Positions 63,393 to 64,000 of a stretch of 64,000 nucleotides of DNA are shown here, one piece after another. The DNA is from Amphiscolops sp. MND2022. Lineage: Eukaryota. The DNA is taken from positions 56,608,001-56,672,000 of the forward strand of contig OZ076409.1 in the NCBI GenBank assembly GCA_964187785.1. Direction: 5' to 3'. Within the stretch, counting starts at the first letter, position 1; each line of letters opens with the position of its first letter. The translations under genes were made by a program, and so were the position numbers. The notes below the pieces were generated by a model that had not been told where the DNA came from, did not search any database, and saw only the letters and a list, made by a program, of their open reading frames with translations.

Positions 63393-64000
63393 TATCAAAT
63401 TAGGTTCTTAAAAACAATTTAGTAGGAAATTTCCTCAGGAATTGATGAATTTCAAAGATTTTGTGAATAGAATGCAACGTAAGGGCAACCTCATATTATT
63501 GGATGTTTTCTTTTGAATGAAGCTTATACTAATATTTTCATTGAGTGTTCTGCATTTATACTATGAAATCGAAATTGTCAATCGAAGTAATAACGTGTTA
63601 ATGTCACCAATTGATGTTCTGATTGGCGTTTTCTCAAGTGTGGAATTTGTTGTTGACCGAATGGTCTCCGTTGTTTTAGTATTTATGTGATTGTATGTTT
63701 AGCTTAAAGATATTTACGTCGTTTTATGTTCGTGCTAATAATAATGGCAATAACTTGAAACTGTTATTTCGGTATCATTTTATTCCTTTTCATCAAGATT
63801 CAAATGTTTCCGCTCTCAAAATTATTTGCTCCGTTTTAGTTGCGTTGCCATTTTTGCTAGTCATACTTTTATCTTGAATATTTGTATTCCCAACTTGGAA
63901 ATTGACTAATTAATCACGCCGGCGTGCCTCCGTTTTTGAAAATATCAAGCAGGCTCTCATTTTGCCGCCATTTTAACGCTGAAACAGGAAGTGTATCGTT

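Larger units (their letters stand above)
60043..64000 (+). mobile_element. Non-autonomous LTR element: 5' LTR ~60043-61451, internal 61452-63008, 3' LTR 63009 to beyond window
   Basis: 60043-61033 is repeated at 63009-64000 (~98%); starts TGTCAC; AATAAA then ...CGTAACA at 61451 followed by TGGTGACAGGAGT (tRNA-Leu-like PBS); no RT or IN core motifs. Confidence 0.75.

Overview
AT-rich eukaryotic (animal-like) DNA made almost entirely of nested transposable elements. I could not support any host protein-coding gene, rRNA, intact tRNA or CRISPR array. LTR elements: (i) the 3' end of a BEL/Pao retrotransposon (1-1930); (ii) a young full-length Ty3/Gypsy element on the minus strand (15469-21462; 204-bp LTRs with 1 mismatch; TSD TTTAC); (iii) an older related Gypsy element (29395-41064; TSD GTTTT) that carries a Helentron-type non-autonomous element (HINE) in gag and a 5.3-kb non-autonomous BEL/Pao element (31730-36997; TSD GCTAG) in RT; (iv) a non-autonomous element with ~1.4-kb LTRs that runs off the right edge (60043 onward). 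DNA elements: many nested HINEs, one holding a 170-bp satellite; an internally deleted hAT (53583-54518; 8-bp TSD); CCC...GGG MITEs with 2-bp TSDs, including a 57-bp TIR-only hairpin; and a tRNA/CORE SINE-like relic. Most notable: both Gypsy copies have a non-canonical WLDD RT active-site motif and share an uncharacterised ~250-300 aa region between RNase H and integrase; the nested BEL element has a tandem array of primer-binding-site-like units; the hAT remnant resembles, from recall only, oomycete/red-algal hAT proteins. All alignments and identity values are by-eye estimates; no searches were run.
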